Of a stretch of 64,000 nt of DNA, positions 39,565-50,346 are shown piece by piece. Both the position numbers and the translations under genes were made by a program. How positions within the stretch are numbered: position 1 is the first letter of the stretch; each line of letters opens with the position of its first letter. Source of the stretch: an uncultured archaeon (GTDB lineage Archaea; Thermoproteota; Nitrososphaeria; Nitrososphaerales; Gagatemarchaeaceae). The notes below the pieces were generated by a model, which did no database searches, was not told where the DNA came from, and worked only from the letters and a program-made list of their open reading frames with translations. Location of the stretch: assembly GCA_963799775.1 (NCBI GenBank), contig CAWCYD010000003.1, positions 960,001-1,024,000 of the forward strand. The letters are read 5' to 3'.

Positions 39565-40845
39565 ATGGGGTCATCTCCTCACGAAATCAACGACAAGATA
39601 GTCCGACATGTGGTGGAAAATGGGGCTGACCTCGGATTTACGAAGTTCTTTTGGAAAGAGTGCGAGCCACTTCCGAGAGACGTCGACAACTACTCCAAGT
39701 TCGCATCAATAATCAAGGATTATGCGCGAGGGATTGACCCGAGACCAATGAAGATGGGAGTCGGGCTCGGGACATCTCAAGCGTGGGCATACATGGATGC
39801 AATGCCCAAACTGGGACACTATCTGAAGGCCTTCGTCGAGCTCGGGCCACCAATGCAAGGCAGACTCTGGCTTACGCTCGAATGTACTCATGGCTACGCC
39901 AATCCAATCGGCCAGTTCGTTCAAGTCCCGACGAAAATCGAATCATGGAGTGACGTACAAGGCGTCTTGGCTCAGATAACGCCGCTCGGACCGGAAACGC
40001 CAACCTTCAGCAGAGAGTATTTGTTTGGCTTCTTCCTAGGCATGCTAATCGGTGACGCGCACAAGCCTAAGCAAGGACGGGGTCACAGGCACGTCAACAT
40101 CACTTTGAGCAAGAAGTATGACACCAACGTTGCTATAGGCGAGTTCTCAAGCCGCTCGGCCCACCAACTCGGTCTTCGGATGGAGAGACGTCCAGACTTG
40201 CCCAAGCCAGAAGACAAGCCGCACGGCTTCTACATTTGGACATCCCAATCATCACCTCTAATCGATTGGATCTTCAACGTGGTACTCGGCTTGAACGATG
40301 GTCAACACACGACGTACGATGCTGTCCGGATGGATTGGGCCTATGAGGCCCCAATTGATTTTCGGCTCGGTCTTCTTCATGGAATCGCCGAGTCGGACGG
40401 GTCGGTGAGTGTGGCAAGTCAAACCGTCGAGTTCTGGGTCATACCCGATTGGGATTTTATGATCAAGCTGCTTGCAACTTTCGGTCTTAGGGGATTTCGG
40501 AACCGGGAGGCAGTTTCCCTATCGAAATCGCAGGCGATAAATTCATTCCAAGTTCCAATCTTCTCTCCCCATCTCCGGACCGTGCGGTATCAATCACACG
40601 AGTTGATGGCGACTACAAGAACTCTGGAGAAGAAGGAAAGGCTGCCCGAAGACGCTAGGGTGGACATCATGCGACTCGCCAAAGAGGGCATGTCGATTCC
40701 TAGAATCGTAGTCGAAATAGCAAAAACGAAGAAGCTTCTCGTTTCGTTTGAGGCTGCTCAGCGATGGGCTAAGAAGAGCGGAGCTTACAAGCCGAAGGGG
40801 ACTCGTGAGCCGAATGAGGAAGACTCTGAGTCGCGTCCCGAGTAA
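39565..40845 (+). CDS. Free-standing double-motif LAGLIDADG endonuclease-like protein
   Basis: FFLGMLIGDAH and GLLHGIAESDGSV; C-terminal HTH-like; no intein termini; atypical codon usage. Confidence 0.75.
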   Translation: MGSSPHEINDKIVRHVVENGADLGFTKFFWKECEPLPRDVDNYSKFASIIKDYARGIDPRPMKMGVGLGTSQAWAYMDAMPKLGHYLKAFVELGPPMQGRLWLTLECTHGYANPIGQFVQVPTKIESWSDVQGVLAQITPLGPETPTFSREYLFGFFLGMLIGDAHKPKQGRGHRHVNITLSKKYDTNVAIGEFSSRSAHQLGLRMERRPDLPKPEDKPHGFYIWTSQSSPLIDWIFNVVLGLNDGQHTTYDAVRMDWAYEAPIDFRLGLLHGIAESDGSVSVASQTVEFWVIPDWDFMIKLLATFGLRGFRNREAVSLSKSQAINSFQVPIFSPHLRTVRYQSHELMATTRTLEKKERLPEDARVDIMRLAKEGMSIPRIVVEIAKTKKLLVSFEAAQRWAKKSGAYKPKGTREPNEEDSESRPE

Positions 40846-40858
40846 AGTAAGACGCGTC

Positions 40859-41089
40859 TTACCTGATTTTTCTTGCCTCGCGCTCTGTGTCTCTCAACAA
40901 CAGGATGTCTGCGAGCCTGATGGGGCCTTTGACGTTCCTTGTGAGGATGCGCCCCTTCTCCTTTCCCTCTAGGATCTTGACTCTGACCTGGGTGATCTCG
41001 CCCGCGACCCCGGTTCGCCCCACGATCTGGACGACCTCGGCAGGGGTGATCGACTCTGCGCTCTGCCTGCTGCTGCTGGCGCCGCTCAA
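40859..41089 (-). CDS. rps28e: 30S ribosomal protein S28e
   Basis: [12 protein letters not shown]...RNVKGP...TEREARK. Confidence 0.96.
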   Translation of the reverse strand: MSGASSSRQSAESITPAEVVQIVGRTGVAGEITQVRVKILEGKEKGRILTRNVKGPIRLADILLLRDTEREARKIR

Positions 41090-41096
41090 CTAGGAC

Positions 41097-41499
41097 TCAC
41101 GCCTTTGGTGCTGCGGCCTGGGCAGCGCTTCTGACCCGCGCCAGCTCCTGGGTGACCTGGTCGAGGATCGCCTGCCCCTCTCCTGCCTCCGTCACAGCCG
41201 CGGCGGCCGTGGAGACGTCGATGCCTATCGCGGGGCCGATCTGGTCCTTTGAGGAGACGAAGACGTAGGGGATGTTCCTCTCGTCGCAGATTATCGGAAG
41301 GTGTGCGACGACCTCTGGGGGCTGGACATCCTCGGCGATTATCACGAGCTTGGCGAGGCCGCGCTCGACCGCCTTGGTGGTCTCGTTGGTCCCTTTCCGG
41401 ACCTTTCCACTTCTCGAGGCCTGTCTGATGAACCTCGTAGGCTGCTTCAGAGACCTCTTTCGGGGTCTCGAACTTTACAAAGTAAGGCTTCGGGGTCAT
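41097..41499 (-). CDS. rpl7ae: 50S ribosomal protein L7Ae (frameshift near 41430)
   Basis: KPYFVKFETP; GKVRKGTNETTKAVERG; IAEDVQPPEVVAHLP. Confidence 0.95.
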
Positions 41500-41574
41500 A
41501 TTTCAAAAATCTCCCAGGCCGGGGCTTTTTGTCCGATACTTAAGGCTTAGTCGCTGGAACCGACCCCCGGGCGA

Positions 41575-43331
41575 TCACGGATGGGCGAGGATGCATCTTC
41601 CCGGCGCGTCCACCCTCACGAACCCGTAGCGGGGGAACTGGAGTATCTCCCCGACGGGGAGCGTGGCGAACGCTGCCTCCGCGACCCCCTTGCGGACCAC
41701 GAGGCTGTGCGGGTTGAGGCTCTCGTCCTCGAGGTATAGCTCGTAGGGCTCCAGCACCTTCACGCTGACCTTCGACTCGTCGTCGACGACCCACTGGACC
41801 TTCCTAGACTCTTGGATCCTCTCGTCTCCTGCGAACTCCGCGGCCCCCTTGCCATCGGACAAGCGGACGTTGTAGAGGTCCATGAGGCGGAAGACCTCGC
41901 CTTCCTTGAGCGTCGAGAGGTCGTTGGAGGGGACGAAGAGGGTCGGGTCTGCCCCCACGGAGACCTCTCTCTTCCCCAGCTTCTCGTCCGTGGGGTGGAA
42001 CGGGATGGATACTTTGCGGGCCGGGGCCCTGTCGACCTTCAGCTTGACCGGGTCGGGGACGAAGAAGACCCTCTTCGAGATGGGGTCGAGTATCTTCCTG
42101 TTCACTGCGAAGAGGAGGCTCCAGTCGAAGACGTGCTCGGACTTTCCGTATCCCACCTGGAGCGTGAACTGGCGTATCGCCTCGGGGACAATGCCCCGGC
42201 GCCTCACCCCCTCGACCGTCGGCATCCTCGGGTCGTCCCACCCCTCCACGACCTTTGTCTCCACGAGAGGACGGAGGAGCCGCTTGGAGACGGGGTGCCC
42301 CTTGAAGTTGAAGCGGGAGAACTGCTCGACCACGATCCGGGGGAACCCGAGGATGCTCCTCGAGCCTCTCCTGGAGTGCGACGTGGAACTCGGAGCTCCG
42401 GAGGACGTGAGTGACCTTGCAGAGGTCGTCCTCGACGACGTTCTCAAAGTCGTAGATGGGCCAGACGACGTAGCGCGTCCCGGTCATGGGGTGCGGGTAG
42501 TCGATCACCCTTAGGAGGTTCGGGTCCCTTCAGGGAGTGGTCGAGGTTCGACATGTCCCCCTTCAGCCTGATGACCCACTCGCCTTCCTTGAACTTCCTC
42601 GAGAGCATCCCCTCCCAGACCTCGAGGCTCTCCTTGACGGAGCTGCCCCGGTGCTCGCAGGCCTTGCCCTCGAAGCGCAGCTTCTTCACTAGGTCGGCGG
42701 GGCAGGAGCACGAGTAGGCGTTCCCCTCCGTGATGAGCCGCCTGGCGTTCGAGTAGAGGAGCTCCATGTCCGAGGAGACGCTCTTCTCGTGGTCCCAGAC
42801 TATCCCCAGCCAGTTGTAGCCGTCCTTGAACGACTCGTAGTATGCCTTCTTCACCTTCTTGGGGTTGGTGTCTTCGAACCTGAGCCAGAGCTCCCCCTCG
42901 TACATGTCCCTGTAGGTCGCGTTGATGATCCCCGCCATCGCGTGCCCGATGGTCATGTATCCGGAGGGCTCGGGCGGGAGACGGAGGACGACCTTCCCCT
43001 TCTCCGCGTTTGGCAGCGGTGGAAGCTGGGTGCTCCTCGCCTCCTCATCCTTCTTCCGCTGGACCTTCCTCTCCTCGGTGGCCTCGACGGCCTCAGGGTA
43101 CTTCTCTTGGAGGAGCTGCTGCTGGGCGGCGAGAGTCATCGAGTTGATCTCCCTCACCCTCTCGATCACGGCCTTCGAGACGTCCTTTGCAGAGCTCCTC
43201 AGCTCCGGGAAGGCTCCCATCATCTTGCCGACGACCGCGCCGACCTCGGCCTTGCCAGCGTGGGACACCGAGTTCAGGAGCGCGTGCATTTCCACGGCCT
43301 TGAGCTGCTGCTCGTCGAGGGTCGTGACCAT
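41575..43331 (-). CDS. gltX: Glutamyl-tRNA synthetase (frameshifts ~42525, ~42365)
   Basis: RLPPEPSGYMTIGH, LRFEDTNP, VTHVLRSSE, GWDDPRMPT, QFPRYGF. Confidence 0.93.
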
Positions 43332-43407
43332 GTGGAAGACGCTTCTGCGGGTCTCCTCGGGTCTGGATATATAGTTCTGAAGTTGGGTTCCGGCTCGTCG
43401 GTCCCGC

Positions 43408-43806
43408 TTACCACATGTTGGGGGCGTTGGGCGCCCCTTCGGGTGCCGCCTGCGTCACGTCCCAGTACTCTGCTATCTTGCCGCCCTTGAGCTTGAAGAT
43501 GTGGACCTGCCTCATGCCCTTGGACTTGTCGGACGCGGAGACGAGGGTGGTGTAGACGACGACGCTGTTGCCCTCGGCTATCGCGTCGGCGATCTTGAAG
43601 ACGCCGTCGCTGGGCAAGGTGGTGTCCCCTCGCTGGGCCTCCGCCATCGACGAGAGGACCGCTTCCATCCCCGGCGGGAGGTAGGGGTTGTGGTGCCTGG
43701 CGCCGGGAGCGAAGAGGACTATCGCTTCCTTCGGCTTGCCCGACATGATGTACTTGAAGTACTGGCGCACGACCGCCTTGTTCTCCTTCTCGGGACTCGC
43801 GGTCAC
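43408..43806 (-). CDS. SnoaL/NTF2-like protein
   Basis: ENKAVV...HHNP...IAEGNSV...GKIAEYWDV. Confidence 0.85.
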   Translation of the reverse strand: MTASPEKENKAVVRQYFKYIMSGKPKEAIVLFAPGARHHNPYLPPGMEAVLSSMAEAQRGDTTLPSDGVFKIADAIAEGNSVVVYTTLVSASDKSKGMRQVHIFKLKGGKIAEYWDVTQAAPEGAPNAPNMW

Positions 43807-43913
43807 TCTTCGCTTTGCCAAACCATCTCGGGCCTGCGGGCCCCTAGAGTGGCCCTGGATAATAAGCGCCCACGCTGGACTTTTCTTGCTCCAGTGCGGA
43901 CGCTGGGATGATG

Positions 43914-44963
43914 TCACCAGTCGCGCTCGACGGCGAACCTGGCGACCGCGTCCAGGCAGTCCACGGCCTCGGCGGCCTCCCGCCCCTCCTTCCATTTCAC
44001 CTCGCTCAGCATCGCCCTTGCTTCGTTGACGAGGCGCGAGGACATGCGCCTCGCGTAGCCGATCGCGTCGTACTTCTGGATCAGGTCCATGACGACCGCG
44101 GCCTCCTTCTTCCTCTGGTCGCGCGGCAGCTTGAAGACCGCCTTGATCTTCTGCCTCTCCGCGTCGGTGCAGAGCGAGAGCAGGCGGATGAGGACGAGCG
44201 TCCTCTTCCCCTCAAGGAGGTCGTCGCCGATCTCCTTCCCGTACTTGGTCTGGTCGCCTGAGAGGTTGAGTATGTCGTCGTGTATCTGGAACCCGACCCC
44301 CAGCTTCTTCCCGGCCTCCACGATCAGCTTCATCGACCCATTGTCAGCCCCGCCTATCACGCCGCCGAGGCGCATGGGGCCTATGACCGTGTACCAAGAG
44401 GTCTTGCTCGTGCACATCGTGACGTAGTCTTCCTCGGTAAGGTCCCACCTGTCGCTCACCACCCAGCCCAGCTCGATGTGCTGGCCTTCGGTCGTCTTGC
44501 TCACCATGTTGTAGAACTCGTCCATCACCCTGAGCGTCTTCTCGTCGGTGAGCCTCCTCCTGTTCCTGAGGAGCGCGCCCCACATCAGGGCGTGCAGCCC
44601 GTCACCTGCGTTGAGCGCGAGGCGCCAGTCGTATTTCTTGTGCAGCGCCGGCGAGCCCCTCCTCATCTCCGAGGAGTCCTCGATGTCGTCGTGGATGAGG
44701 ATCCAGTGCTGGAAGATCTCGATGCAGGCCGCTGTTATCAGGACGTCCTCCTCCTTCCCGCCGAACGCCTTGCAGGCCTCCACGCACATCAGCGCCCGCA
44801 TCCCCTTCGCCGGCCTCGCGGGATAGTCCCTGAGCATCTTGTAGAGGAGGTTCACCTCTTTGATCGGGCTCGACTTTGGGAGGAAGTCGTCCATGATCAG
44901 CTTGTCGACGGACGACTTGATCCTCGTCATCTCAGAGAGCATCTTCTCAGTCTGCATGGTCAT
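43914..44963 (-). CDS. idsA: Geranylgeranyl diphosphate synthase
   Basis: LIHDDIEDSSEMRRG, GQ, FQIHDDILN, GK. Confidence 0.92.
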   Translation of the reverse strand: MTMQTEKMLSEMTRIKSSVDKLIMDDFLPKSSPIKEVNLLYKMLRDYPARPAKGMRALMCVEACKAFGGKEEDVLITAACIEIFQHWILIHDDIEDSSEMRRGSPALHKKYDWRLALNAGDGLHALMWGALLRNRRRLTDEKTLRVMDEFYNMVSKTTEGQHIELGWVVSDRWDLTEEDYVTMCTSKTSWYTVIGPMRLGGVIGGADNGSMKLIVEAGKKLGVGFQIHDDILNLSGDQTKYGKEIGDDLLEGKRTLVLIRLLSLCTDAERQKIKAVFKLPRDQRKKEAAVVMDLIQKYDAIGYARRMSSRLVNEARAMLSEVKWKEGREAAEAVDCLDAVARFAVERDW

Positions 44964-45026
44964 TGTCGTGATTGCCTCCAGGTTCGTTGAGATGTGGCGC
45001 TCACAAGGTCACGCAAGGCGAGTCCT

Positions 45027-45794
45027 CTACCCGATGGAGACATCGTGAGGTACCTTTACCGAGGTTCCGCTGAACGCCACCCCGTTTAAGGCTTTAGAGA
45101 ATTCAGAGGGCGTCAGGCCCGAGACGAGGCGGACCTCGGTCCCTGACGCGGCCATCCTCATCGCCTCGGCGACCTTGAAGGAGACCCCACCTGTCGCGTC
45201 GGTGCCCTTCTTCCACCTGAGGTCGGCCTCTCCCTCCCTGAGCACCTTGATGACCTCGCCTTTCCGGTCCAGCACCCCCGGGACGTCCATGGCCATCACG
45301 CATCTCTCCGCACCCAGCAGCTGCGCCAGCTCGACGCACATCGTGTCGCTTGAGATTATCCTGAAGCCTCTACCGTCGTGGACGACGTCTCCAAACGTAA
45401 TCGGCGTCGCGCCTGCGTCCAGCAGATTCTCCAGGAACGCCCTGCCTCCCTCGCCCTCTCTGTCGAGAAGGGTGAACGGCGAGAAGGGATAGGGGTGCAT
45501 GCCCGCCGAGAGGAGAGAGGCGGAGACCTTCGCGTCGAGCTTGAGCATCGCGTCCCGGGTCTCGCTCACGCCCCTGGGCGATTTGGTCGACCTTCTCGAC
45601 GATAGCCCGTATTCCCGCGCCACCGTGTGGCCGAACGACCCTCCGCCGTGGACTATCACGATCGGCAGCCCCGAGGCCGCCATCGCCTTGCCGAGCGTCC
45701 GCACGACCACCTCCTTGTAGGAGAAAGCGACCTCCTTGTCCGTGATGACGGAGCCGCCTAGCTTGACGACGATTGGCCGCGTCACTCTGACCAC
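45027..45794 (-). CDS. ipk: Isopentenyl phosphate kinase
   Basis: KLGGSVITDK, VHGGGSFGH, DATGG. Confidence 0.92.
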   Translation of the reverse strand: MVRVTRPIVVKLGGSVITDKEVAFSYKEVVVRTLGKAMAASGLPIVIVHGGGSFGHTVAREYGLSSRRSTKSPRGVSETRDAMLKLDAKVSASLLSAGMHPYPFSPFTLLDREGEGGRAFLENLLDAGATPITFGDVVHDGRGFRIISSDTMCVELAQLLGAERCVMAMDVPGVLDRKGEVIKVLREGEADLRWKKGTDATGGVSFKVAEAMRMAASGTEVRLVSGLTPSEFSKALNGVAFSGTSVKVPHDVSIG

Positions 45795-46711
45795 GACCTC
45801 GCCCCCGAGACAGGGATCTTCGTGAAGAACACCTCGTAGCCTCCCTTGGCGACCTTCTTGGCGGCAGCCTGAGCTTCTGACTCCTCAGCGGGCGGGACGG
45901 CGATGACGCTGCCCCCTCCTCCAGCGCCGGTCAGCTTGGCACCCAGGCATCCAGAGCTAAGGCAGAGCTCGACGAGCTGGTCCAAGGTCTTGTTGGACGC
46001 GCCTGCCCGCGTGAGAACGGCATGGCTGTAGGTCATCAGTGACCCGAGCGTCGCCCTGTCGCCCTTCTCGAGCGCCGTGGCGCACAGCTCGGAGACGAGC
46101 GTCGCGCTCTCGCAAAGGCTCGCGAACAAGGAGGGATAGGTCGTCTTCATCTCGCTCACCTTGGCTACGAGCCTGCCCGTGTTCCGCTTCTTGCCGGAGA
46201 AGGCGACCATGAGCGTCAGCGGCGAGGCAGGCTGTACGGCGCGCGGTCTCTCGCCCCTCCTGAACAAGACCACGCCGCCCAGCGCAGAGGTCATCGCGTC
46301 GATGCCCGATGGGTTGCCGTGCACGTGCTTCTCGCCAGCGGCCGCGGCCTCCGCGAGACCGGCGGCGTCGAGCCCCCATCCTTCGAGAGCGCTCACGGCC
46401 CCGGCGACGGCTACCATCGTGGCGGCCGAAGAGCCGAGGCCCGCACCCGCGGCGAGGCCGGAATCGATCGAGAGGGCGACGCGCGGCTTGGCCCCGTTCC
46501 TCTCGTAGAGAGACTCGACGACCTTCTTCGCCGGCGCGAGGGCCCCTTCCTCTCTGAGCTTCGAGCGCACCTCGAGCCGGTCGCTCTTCGTGGCCTCGAC
46601 CCTCACCTTTCTCTCGATGGCCGCGGCGATTGCGGTCGCCCCGTGGACGACGAAGTGCTCACCAGAGATTATGACCTTCCCGGGGGCCTCGCAGACCGCC
46701 TTCTGCGGCAT
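45782..46711 (-). CDS. mvk: Mevalonate kinase
   Basis: APGKVIISGEHFVVHG, GLGSSAA, SGID, KLTGAGGGG. Confidence 0.95.
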   Translation of the reverse strand: MPQKAVCEAPGKVIISGEHFVVHGATAIAAAIERKVRVEATKSDRLEVRSKLREEGALAPAKKVVESLYERNGAKPRVALSIDSGLAAGAGLGSSAATMVAVAGAVSALEGWGLDAAGLAEAAAAGEKHVHGNPSGIDAMTSALGGVVLFRRGERPRAVQPASPLTLMVAFSGKKRNTGRLVAKVSEMKTTYPSLFASLCESATLVSELCATALEKGDRATLGSLMTYSHAVLTRAGASNKTLDQLVELCLSSGCLGAKLTGAGGGGSVIAVPPAEESEAQAAAKKVAKGGYEVFFTKIPVSGARSWSE

Positions 46712-46757
46712 ATGCTCGCCCTCTCCCTTGTCTCGACGAAATAAGCGTGACTGGCTC

Positions 46758-47462
46758 TCAGTAGCGGTCGTGGCGCCTTGGCCTTTCCTCTTCCTCTTCT
46801 TCCATCTCGGACTCTGTTATCTTGGTCTCAAAGTCGTCGATCGTGTACTTTAGCGGCTGGTCGCCGGTGAGCAGCGAGGAGTGGGTGAGGACCGACCTTG
46901 TGAGGAGGTAGAATATCGTCGCCAGGGCACTCCTGCCCCTGTTGTTCCCCGGGATGACGAGGTCGACGTCGTCCGTGATGTTGTCCGTGTCGCAGATGGC
47001 GATCACAGGCGTGCCCATGTTGGCCGCCTCGACTATCGCCTGCGTGTCCGAAGCGGGGTCGGCCACGACTATCAGGTCGACGTCGAGGTGTCCGGGGAAG
47101 AGGGGGTTTGTCAGCGTCCCGGGCATGAAACGCCCTGTGACCGCGATGGCTTTTGTCAGCTCGCAGAACTTTTCGACCGGGACCTTGCCGTAGTCTCGGC
47201 TGGTGTAGACGACCACGTTCTGCGGGCCCACGAAAGAGATGAACTTGCCCGCCACGTCGATCCTGTGGAGCGTCTTTGAGTAGTCGAGGAGGTGGAGACC
47301 GTCAGGCCTGGGCCTGGTGGTGAACTGCTCCATGCTCTTCGTCCTCACCTGGGTGCCTATCCTGATCCCTGTCGCCAGCAGCGCCTTCTCGGACAGCTGG
47401 GGGAAGATGAGCTTCTCTTCCGAGCCGCTGTCGTCTCCGTCTTCAGACATGAGGTTCGCCAT
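46758..47462 (-). CDS. rps2: 30S ribosomal protein S2
   Basis: GRFMPGTLTNP, DTDN, IPGNNRG. Confidence 0.96.
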   Translation of the reverse strand: MANLMSEDGDDSGSEEKLIFPQLSEKALLATGIRIGTQVRTKSMEQFTTRPRPDGLHLLDYSKTLHRIDVAGKFISFVGPQNVVVYTSRDYGKVPVEKFCELTKAIAVTGRFMPGTLTNPLFPGHLDVDLIVVADPASDTQAIVEAANMGTPVIAICDTDNITDDVDLVIPGNNRGRSALATIFYLLTRSVLTHSSLLTGDQPLKYTIDDFETKITESEMEEEEEERPRRHDRY

Positions 47463-47517
47463 TAGCTGCCAACGAGCTTTTCGCCATCTTTTCGAACCTC
47501 ATTTAAGCGTTGGGGGT

Positions 47518-48768
47518 CTACGGGCGGACCACGGCCATCTTTTGGCTCGTGCCAAGCTCCTCCCCTATCCTGATCAGCTCGTTGAGCTTCGAGGTCCTCT
47601 CGCCCCCCATCACGCCCGACTTCATCAAGCCGCAGCCGAAACCGACCGCAAAGTGAGCGAGGTGCCCGCCCTCGTTGTCGCCCGAGCGATGGGAGGCCGC
47701 GACCACGTGGCCAGTCTTCCTCGCGAGGTCGGAGAACTGCTGGGCCTCCCAGAGAGTCCCTATCTGGTTGACCTTCATGATCACCCCGTTCGTGCTCTTC
47801 TTCGCCGCGCCCGTCCTGAGGCGCTCGATGTCGGTGGTGTAGAGGTCGTCGCCCGTGATCAGAGTCCCCTCGAGCCCTGCGTGGAGCTCGGCATACCCCT
47901 CGAAGTCGTCCTCGTAGAGAGGGCCCTCGACGTAGAGGAGGTCGTATCTGTCGCAGAGCTCGGAGATGAAGACGATCTGCTCCTCCCTGGTGAGCGTCTT
48001 CTTCGTGGTCCTGTAGTAGTAGCCGCCCTTCTTCTCGTCGTGGAGGCTGTCTGCGGCGACGTCCACCCCGACCCTCACCTTCCTTCCCGTCTCGTCCTCG
48101 ACCTCGGCGGCCACCCGGGAGACGACGCCCATCGCCTCCACGTCGGTGATCCCCGGGCTCCAGCCCCCTTCGTCGCCCTTGCCCACGGGATAGTTCAGCA
48201 TCTTCGAGAGGGTCTTCCCGACCCCCCTGTGGACCTTGATGTTGAGCTCTATCGCCTCGCGGACGCTCCTGGCCCCCAGAGGGACCACCAGTATCTCCTG
48301 GAACGCCGGCGAGAGGTCGCTGGCGTGCTTCCCGCCCCCGATGACGTTCCCCAGCGGGAAAGGCAGGGCGCCTGAGGCGCTGTCTATGACCCGGCACATC
48401 GGGACCCCGCGCGCCCTCGCCTCGGCCTGCGAAGCCGCGACGCTGACCGCGTATGCGAGAGAGCCGCCTATCTTGGAGAAGTTCTTCGTCCCGTCCATCC
48501 TGCGGAGCGCCTTTGCGATGCCCTCCGAGTCTGCAGCATCGAGGCCGATTATCTTGCTGGCGTTCCTCTTGAACCCGGAGACGGTCTTGTCAGGGTCGTC
48601 GTCCACGAAGGGGACGGCCTCGTTGGTGCCACGGCTGGCGCCCGAAGGGGAGAGTGCGCGCCCCATCTTCCCGTCTACGATCACGTCCGCTTCGATTCCA
48701 GGGTCTCCGCGCCCGTTGAAGCAGACCCTCACTTTGAGGTCTTGGATGAGCATCCGGTGCCTGCTCAC
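47518..48768 (-). CDS. eno: Enolase
   Basis: PSGASRG, GDEGG, GDDL, KVNQIG, SHRSG. Confidence 0.93.
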   Translation of the reverse strand: MSRHRMLIQDLKVRVCFNGRGDPGIEADVIVDGKMGRALSPSGASRGTNEAVPFVDDDPDKTVSGFKRNASKIIGLDAADSEGIAKALRRMDGTKNFSKIGGSLAYAVSVAASQAEARARGVPMCRVIDSASGALPFPLGNVIGGGKHASDLSPAFQEILVVPLGARSVREAIELNIKVHRGVGKTLSKMLNYPVGKGDEGGWSPGITDVEAMGVVSRVAAEVEDETGRKVRVGVDVAADSLHDEKKGGYYYRTTKKTLTREEQIVFISELCDRYDLLYVEGPLYEDDFEGYAELHAGLEGTLITGDDLYTTDIERLRTGAAKKSTNGVIMKVNQIGTLWEAQQFSDLARKTGHVVAASHRSGDNEGGHLAHFAVGFGCGLMKSGVMGGERTSKLNELIRIGEELGTSQKMAVVRP

Positions 48769-48801
48769 TCTCGAAGGGTGCGCTCGCTACGGCTCGCCCT
48801 G

Positions 48802-49014
48802 CTATGGGGCTGGGTTCTTTTGGGCGTAGTATGGGAGCACTTGGTCAATCAGGTCGACGGAGGAGATGAGCATCCTCCGGCAGCAATAGCGCTTGATCTT
48901 CAGGTCGTCGAGGGCCTTGCCGGGGTCTTCGCCGGACTTGACCTTGGACTCAAAGTCTGCGAACTTGTCGCCGATGAGCTTGCCGCAAGTGAAGCAGCGG
49001 ATTGGTATCATCAT
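48802..49014 (-). CDS. rpoN: RNA polymerase subunit Rpo10 (N)
   Basis: IPIRCFTCG...RYCCRRM. Confidence 0.97.
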   Translation of the reverse strand: MMIPIRCFTCGKLIGDKFADFESKVKSGEDPGKALDDLKIKRYCCRRMLISSVDLIDQVLPYYAQKNPAP

Positions 49015-49026
49015 TTTGTTATCGAA

Positions 49027-49449
49027 TCACCTGTATGACTTTTGGCGTCTTCGTCTTGCTCCTGGTCCGCCGAACTTCTTGGGCTCGGTCTGTCTTGGAT
49101 CGCCGGCTAGGAGGTATTTATTGTAGGCGGCCATCCTTTCTCTCAGGCTGGCGCCCTTCACCTGGTCGATGTAGGCCCGCGCGATCGCCATCGCCGCGGC
49201 GTCCGCTTGGCTCATGAACCCGCCTCCGGCGACGCTGACTTCGACGTCGAACTTGTCCCTGAGCTCGCCGACGATGGTCACGGGGGCCAACATGTGGAGC
49301 CGGGCGACCTCGGGCTGATAGAGCTCGAGCGGCACCCCGTTGACCCTGATCCTCCCCTTGCCGAGGATGAGGGCCGCGGTCGCCCTGGAGGTCTTCCTGG
49401 CGCCCGGGTAGAGCTTTGGCCTTGTTGCCGGCTTTGTCTGTGTCACCAT
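49027..49449 (-). CDS. rps9: 30S ribosomal protein S9
   Basis: EPKKFGGPGARRRRQKSYR. Confidence 0.97.
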   Translation of the reverse strand: MVTQTKPATRPKLYPGARKTSRATAALILGKGRIRVNGVPLELYQPEVARLHMLAPVTIVGELRDKFDVEVSVAGGGFMSQADAAAMAIARAYIDQVKGASLRERMAAYNKYLLAGDPRQTEPKKFGGPGARRRRQKSYR

Positions 49450-49456
49450 GCGGGGA

Positions 49457-49990
49457 TCAACCGTTCCATCCTATGTTGTGCGAGAGCTCGGCGATCGTGA
49501 CGTACATTGGGAGGGGCCTGGTCGCCATCGCCTGGTCGACCTTTGACATCGAGACCCCCGAGTATTTTTGGGGCACGCCCATGTAGACGCGGAGGCGCTT
49601 CAGGCCCTCCGTGCCCTTGGCCTTCTCTTTCGGGACCATGCCTCGGACCATCCTCCAGAGGATGTTGTCCGGCCGCCTTGGGTGGAAGGGGCCGTACATG
49701 GGGTTGACCTTGCTCCCTAGCTCGAGCTTCTGCTTCCACTGGTCCATCACAGAGTCGCGGTTCCCTGAGAGGACTGCCTTCTCCGCGTTTAGCACGACTA
49801 TCCGCTTCCCTCTGATTATCTCCGAGGCCACGACCGAGCAGAGCCTTCCGGCGACGTGCCCGGTGGCGTCGATGTAGAGCGTGCCATCACCGGCCCGCTC
49901 CGGCTTTTGCTCCTTCGTTGGAGCCTCCGGCTTTGCCTTGGGTGCGGGGGCGGCCTTGGGCTCCTTCGTCGCCTTTGCCTTAGCTGACAA
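49457..49990 (-). CDS. rpl13: 50S ribosomal protein L13
   Basis: IDATGHVAGRL, GPFHPRRPD, VRGMVP. Confidence 0.96.
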   Translation of the reverse strand: MSAKAKATKEPKAAPAPKAKPEAPTKEQKPERAGDGTLYIDATGHVAGRLCSVVASEIIRGKRIVVLNAEKAVLSGNRDSVMDQWKQKLELGSKVNPMYGPFHPRRPDNILWRMVRGMVPKEKAKGTEGLKRLRVYMGVPQKYSGVSMSKVDQAMATRPLPMYVTIAELSHNIGWNG

Positions 49991-50346
49991 GTGCCACGCC
50001 GCTCCCTTCGGGGTATTTCTTTACGAACTCTTCGATCGTGAAGGCCCTGCCGCCCGCCGCCTCTATCTTCATCCTGGCTGACGCGGAGAACGAGAAGGCG
50101 CCGACGTTGATCTTCTTGTCGACGTTCCCAGCGCCGATGAACTTTTCCGGGGACGAGCACGGCGGCGGCTTCTCCGACGCGTGACAGGTGCCCTACGTTG
50201 ACCTCGGGCCAGGTCACAGCCCCAGAGGCCAGGTGTCTCGCTGCTTCCTTCCATATCCCAGCCTTCCCGTTGCGCCCCTTGCGCTCAAGGAGGACTATCG
50301 CGCTCCTGAGCATCTTGTCGGACTTTCTGATCTTCAAGGCTGTCAT
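49980..50346 (-). CDS. rpl18e: 50S ribosomal protein L18e (frameshift near 50142)
   Basis: EVNVGHL, VPGKV; shifted frame AFSFSASARMKIEAAGG. Confidence 0.92.

Noticed and set aside
43914-46711. Absence of fni (IDI-2) from the mvk-ipk-idsA cluster
   Set aside because: May simply lie elsewhere in the genome; cannot be judged from one window
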